A stretch of 64,000 nt of DNA from Heteronotia binoei (Eukaryota): assembly GCF_032191835.1 (NCBI RefSeq), contig NC_083227.1:105896001-105960000 (forward strand). Direction: 5' to 3'. How positions within the stretch are numbered: position 1 is the stretch's first letter; each line of letters begins with the position of its first letter. The notes below the pieces were generated by a model. It ran no database searches. It saw nothing but the letters and a program-made list of their open reading frames with translations, and was not told the origin of the DNA. Shown here one piece after another: positions 58,475 through 64,000 of the stretch. The translations under genes were made by a program, and so were the position numbers.

Positions 58475-59897
58475 CAGGCTTGCCTGTGCTGCAAAGGGAT
58501 GCAAGAAGCCCACTAGCTCACCTTCTGAGTCCCTTCAGCTGAAGAGCCCCATGGTGGAGCCTCAAGGCTTCAACTGCTGCTGCCAAGGCTAAGAGAAATC
58601 AACAGGTCCTTCCTCAGGGTGCAACTTCAATTGTTGCCATCTTCCTCACCTTGGATACCTGAGGAAAGTTGGCAGTATAACTTAATAGGGATGTGTGAGG
58701 AATGCACTGGGATTCCATGCCTAGCCTCGGGCCAAACAGACTGCCTTTTCTGGTCTAGCAACTGGCAAAACTCTTTTCAGAATAGGCTAGACAAGAGAGC
58801 ATCAAGTTCTCACTATACTGCAAAATCCTTTATTTTGTACATGTTGATCTTCTCTGTATTGTTTCATTTTCAGTAGACGTGCTGACAAAACTAGTATTTC
58901 TATGCATGGCAGTTACTTAGTACAATAGTTTTAACTGGGGAAATCAAGAGGACAGAAATTTTCCTATTGTTTTATATTCAAAGGAAGACCTATAATTCTA
59001 AATAGTGGTATCGTGTCATCTGCAGATGCAAAATTGTGGGACACTGGCTTCTTAGAGGCAAGAGAGAAAAGCTGTGTTTCCTACAAATAGGGAGCTGCTT
59101 TACCTTTTGTGCAGTGGGACAAACATCTACTACTATACATGCCTAATCCAATCTCCTTGGGTCTGTCACAGTTTAAAATGCAGATGTCGTACTTTCAGAT
59201 GTACATCTTACACATTTAGTACACAGACTTCAGTTCCTAGCAATAGGCGCGTTACTGTTTTGCTGTGCTCATGTCTGCTCTAGGAGCAGTTCATCCACGA
59301 CCTTTTACTCTTAATTTTAATTGCTCTCCCCACTGCCACTCTTAGCCTCGCAGCTGTTGCCCTTACCCTCCCCCACAGCACTGGAGGGAGGGCCTTTATC
59401 ATTCAGTGATAGAAAATGCTTTTGGCAATGCTGAGTTAAAGGGAGATATCAAGTAAAACTAACATGGAAAACCTTGGTGGTCTCTCTTCCTACTACTGGA
59501 AGACCAGTAGTAGGCCAACCAGTCAGATAATGCTGAACTGAGCCCCACTGGTCCAAATCAGACACAGCAACTTCTTATATTACACACAATCACAATGTGG
59601 CTGGAACTAAATAATGGCCAGGTCAGAAAACATAAGAAAAGCTGAGAGCAGGTGCAGTAGGTCTTCTGGAATTAAGGGGACCTTAGTCTGTGGACCTTTC
59701 ACACCACGGCAGATATATGCTAGCTCCTTATTTCCTCGGTATTTTATTCACACTTTTTAAACAAGCCATTTTCAAAATTGGCATATAATTATCAAATAGT
59801 TTCAGTGAAACTGAATTGATCTTTTATACCATTAACTTAACAGAACTCTACCTCAGCATACAATTGTTACAATTTGAACGGATTGCTGCTAACTTGG

Positions 59898-59991
59898 AAT
59901 AAAAAGTTGTTATAATTTTTTTTGCAGTCTTACGGAAATGTTGAACTAGGACACTTTTGTACTCACCTGTCATTTTGGTGCATCAAATAAA
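59898..59991 (+). terminator. Candidate polyadenylation signals of the semaphorin gene (AATAAA at 59898 and 59986)
   Basis: AATAAA hexamers followed by T/GT-rich tracts about 1.4-1.5 kb after the stop codon. Confidence 0.45.
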
Positions 59992-60264
59992 CTTTTTTTT
60001 TTTGTCTCTGCCAGAAGAAAATGAAGCAACATTTTAATAAGTTAACTAAATCTTTAAAAGTTTGTATTACATGTTGATAAGACTTTGGAAGACTAATGAT
60101 ATCGGGCAATTAGACATGAGAGTGTCATACAGCCGGAATACTATTTTACAGATTATCTGGCTTCTCAAGTGTTCAAGTTCATCTCAGCTGCTCACACTGA
60201 ATTTGCTCATGAAATTCCTGATCAGCAGTGTCTACTAGTAGCCTGCACTGACATGAATGGCCAA

Positions 60265-60440
60265 AGCTAACCAGATCCCTTCAGATCTTGGAAGCGGGTT
60301 GGCCCTCTTTAGTATTTGGAAGAGAGACCACCAAGGAAAACCAGGGTCAGTATGCAGAGGCAGGCAATGGCAAACAGCCTCTGAATGTCTCTTGCCTTGA
60401 ATATCCTACAAGGATGGCTGTGTGACTTGATATCACTTTC
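60265..60440 (+). mobile_element. 5S rRNA-derived SINE
   Basis: CAGATCTTGGAAGC...TAGTATTTGGA...GCAGAGGCAGGCAATGGCAAAC. Confidence 0.7.
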
Positions 60441-60896
60441 CACTACCGGTCTCTGCAATTGCTATGGAAAACAGGGCTGATTACTGTTTTTCTCAGAAAT
60501 TCCTCTGTGTGGAATATATGTGGAACTGGTATGTGCACAGGCCACAGCATGGCTCTTTTAAGAGGGCATGAGGTGACTTCAGGCTTGAATTTTGTCACAT
60601 CTCGAACAAGAACTAAAGGGCATGGACTTTCCAACTCAGTCATAACTGCTACTAAGACGAGCAGAAATGCCCAGTGGAAGATATGTCACGCTTCCCTGCA
60701 ACAGAGAGCTTGTAACCAGAGCTGTGTCCAGTTGAAGTGCTTTTCCATACTGGCTCCCACTGAACTAAGACTGATGTCAAGTTTCAAGTTTGTTCCAAAC
60801 CATACATCCTACTAATTCCTTGTGTTGGCAATCCTGGAAACAAGCCACCTCCTCCTTACCCAATTGGAAGGGAGGCAGAAGAAGTTACTTACTGTT

Positions 60897-61040
60897 ATTA
60901 GGGTTTATAGAATCTTTCGGGCTCAAGTGCCATGTTCTACTGGAGAAAGTTTTCCTTCCAGTAGAACACGGCACTTGAGCCCGAAAGATTCTACAAACCC
61001 TAATGATGTTACCAGCCGTGAAAACCTGAAATCTTTGATA
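60897..61040 (+). mobile_element. Penelope-like terminal fragment with inverted partial copy (about 108-bp hairpin)
   Basis: Arms 60897-60945 and 60953-61004 are near-perfect reverse complements; continues ATGATGTTACCAGCCGTGAAAACCTGAAATC. Confidence 0.65.
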
Positions 61041-61800
61041 CTTACTGTTAATTTGCTAGTATCCAGCACAGTGCCAAACCACATACTGTGTAAAAACTCA
61101 TGCTAAGAAACAGGGCAAGGTGAAAGTGACAATATGAAGGTAGAAAGCCGTGCAGAAATTAAAACTGTTTGTTATTTGTAAAAGCAGTAAAGATCTTCCC
61201 TCCAACAATCCACACACATAAAACACATTTTCTTGTAGCCAGTACTGTTTTATGACTTGGATACAGACAATGTTTATCAGACTAATGTGACCTGTGCTTC
61301 AAGATTTTGAGAGTGAGTGCATGCTTATTTCAACAACCTATCAAGGACCACACAGCAGAAAGGACTGTACATTCTGAGGTAGAAAAAAGGGGTTGGAATT
61401 GCTGATAATATCCATTCCCTGACAAACAGGCTGCCCCATTACCCAGTCATATTTGGCTGAATCAGGCATGAAGAATTGAGTGAATTCACCCTTCCTCACT
61501 TAAAATATCCACTAACCTTCAGCTTCTATATGACAAATGCCCACATCCAGCTAAAGTTAAGCATGATTTAAGTTCCACTGAAACCAATAGAACAATTAAT
61601 TTTTATGAATTGTTTGCTAGTCTATGACTGTTATAAATAAATACATTCATTAAACAATTAGTTACCCACTGCTTTTAACAGGGCAGTCTAGACTAGAGTT
61701 AGCCCAAGTGTGGTTTCTGTGCAAGAAATGCTGTGAGCTGGAAAACAAAGGCCAGATTCATTCCAAACCAAGATCACTGGACTGGTTCTAATGTTTGAAG

Positions 61801-64000
61801 TTTATTTCTTAAAAAAGAAGAGAGAATTGATAGGCGTTATACCAACTTACAATTTATTATTTTTTTAAAAAAATGACATGAAACACAAGTAAAAATAAAT
61901 ACATCATATAAACAACAAAATTGTTCAATGTCTCTGTTCTGGGAGACTGGGTGAGCATGTCCCATTAGACAGAGAGATGAGGGAAGCACATGACCATGAG
62001 TGCAACCAGCCGACCAACTGACCCTGCTACGGAAATGCCTTTTTCCAATCACAAAAAAGACAGGCCACAAACTAAAGGTGGAACAAAAACAAATCAAGAA
62101 AACCATTGGATTTACTCAGCTCCCCTGTACAAATAGATCTCATGGAGGGACAGAACACAAGCTGGGAAGCTAACAATCTAAGACCAAAAAAAGCAATGCA
62201 GCTGTGGGCAGTGGTTAGTGGTATTTTATTACAGAGTACAAAAAGAATCCCCCTTTCTCTGCCTGCTCTTTACTCCACTCCTACTCCTTACTGATCCTCC
62301 CTAAACTTGCAGTATCCTCCCCCTTTACAAAAGACTCTTCTTTTTGTTTGAATAAAAAGGGGCAAAACTTCCCAAGACTTTGTGCCCTACTGGTAAACCA
62401 ACAAACTTGGATTACCATGGTTTAATGTTAAAGGGGGGGGGGAGGATTTGTGCATCTATTGATGGATATGTCCGTTGTTCAGCGGGTACACAGATCAAGC
62501 ATTTTTCAATTTAGTAATTACATCTACAGTGCCTAGACAGATCAACTCAGGTTTCAGTGCAAATACATGTAAGGTTTTATTGAGCTGCTACACGATCTTC
62601 CCAGGAACATCTGCACTGCTGCAATTCAATTCCATAATAATTCACTGTCAGTACAAGTCAGCTTCCTCAGAAAACAGCAAAATGCCAATCCTTATGAGGG
62701 AGCAGAAAAGGCCCATATATTGCAGGGACTCCAGGCAGCACTGGCGAGGGGGGGGGGGGGGGGTTGGGGTTGGCTAGTTTCCCTTATCTGCATTCCAGAT
62801 GACAGCCTATTTACTTTGTCCCATAGAACTCAATTGGAGCCATATGAAGTACTGAGCCTGCCTGCCCTGGGCTCCATCACTTGGTCATATAGGAGTGTGA
62901 CAAAGAGACGAAGTCCAGAAACTAGCATGCATATACACATGTATAATTCTTATTGGCAAGAAAGAAGTCACCAAGATTTGTTCCTATGAAGAGGAAAGAA
63001 AGGTACTTTATCACAGGCAATGTATGTCTACATAAACCTTAGCCAGATTCAAAATGTTTGTTGCCCAGTACTGGAGCAGAACTGAGGACTGCAGTATGAA
63101 GAGCTGAGAAACATCACAGTTTAAGGTCACTCCTTTCCCCTTAGTATTTACAGGGGAGCAGTTTCATTCTGTACCATGCTGTTACTCTAAAATCACTGCT
63201 GAAATACTAACAGTATTTGGGACATAACTTGCAGTGAAAGTAGCCTGAAAAGGACAGCCCAGTTATGACTCCAGCTCTAGGGTATGGAAGAGATGGAACC
63301 CTCCTCCCTTCAGCATCCTAAGGCCTTGTATTGGCTCTATATTAGTACCAGTAAAAAGCTAACTACAAACTAATCTGCTCTGTTCTTCTGTAGCCTGAAA
63401 TCTAGCAGAGAAAGTCAGAAAGAGGCTGAAGTGCAGTCCTCAGGAATACAAATCAGTCAAAGGCAGAAATGTTACTGGAAATTAAGGAGAAAGGGACTCC
63501 AAGTGGCTACAGGTAGATTCCAAAATTTCTGGCACCAAGAGCCATAAGAATGGCTTCTCAATTGCCACCCATGATAAACGTGCAAGCTGCTCAGCAATTC
63601 TGACTCAAACTCCCTGCCCAGGGTTTTCTGTCCTTCCAAGACAAGGCACAGCAGTCACTCTCTTGCTGCTAAAAACCACAGCATCTTGAATGAGTGTTAA
63701 CATATAGGAGAGTGGCATTATTTTTAGTTGAGAGGGAGTTGTGTGCCTGTTAAGACAAAAGAGTGCAGAACAGAAGCATGGCCAGGGGATCGTTTCTTGG
63801 CAAGTGCTGGGGAACAACAGTTTAAACTGACAGATGAGTTTAAATCCCTAAGAGTAGGAAAGAGACCCAAGCTCAGGCACTTGCTGAAGTACAGGCATCT
63901 CTCCCAACAGACATACTTCTCTCCAAAGTTTATAAAAGGTGGCTCGTTTAACTGAACGTCAACTGAGAATAAGGATGTGGATTTTTTTCAGCGATGCAAA
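61801..64000 (-). other. Probable 3' UTR/terminal region of an unidentified convergent gene
   Basis: No recognisable transposons; U-rich/AU-rich on the minus strand; minus-strand AATAAA at 61853-61858 and 61801-61806; no coding exon inside the window. Confidence 0.4.

Overview
Eukaryotic (vertebrate) genomic DNA, most likely a gecko or other squamate lizard. This is inferred from the repeat content: Squam3 and Sauria/Squam1-type SINEs, 5S-derived SINEs, CR1/L2/Penelope fragments and abundant TAGGGTTGCCA hAT MITEs. The window holds one complete protein-coding gene on the + strand, a class 3 semaphorin most similar to SEMA3D. It has 17 coding exons (29613-58474), all GT-AG with consistent phases, giving 2316 nt and 771 aa: signal peptide, Sema, PSI, Ig and basic tail. 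Its divergence and compact size suggest a SEMA3D-like paralog rather than the true ortholog. The most striking feature is that the internal furin site conserved in class 3 semaphorins (KRRxRR-QD) reads KRQAQC-QD here, while the C-terminal furin/CendR site (RVRR) and the dimerisation Cys are kept. The first ~29 kb is transposon-rich upstream sequence and the last ~4 kb resembles the 3' UTR of a convergent gene. Transposon-level observations include minimal hammerhead ribozyme motifs from Penelope-like elements, a young OC1-like hAT MITE, nested hAT MITEs, solo LTRs with target-site duplications (TSDs), a young LINE with an open ORF, and several long fold-back palindromes. No database search was possible; family names come from recalled consensus motifs.
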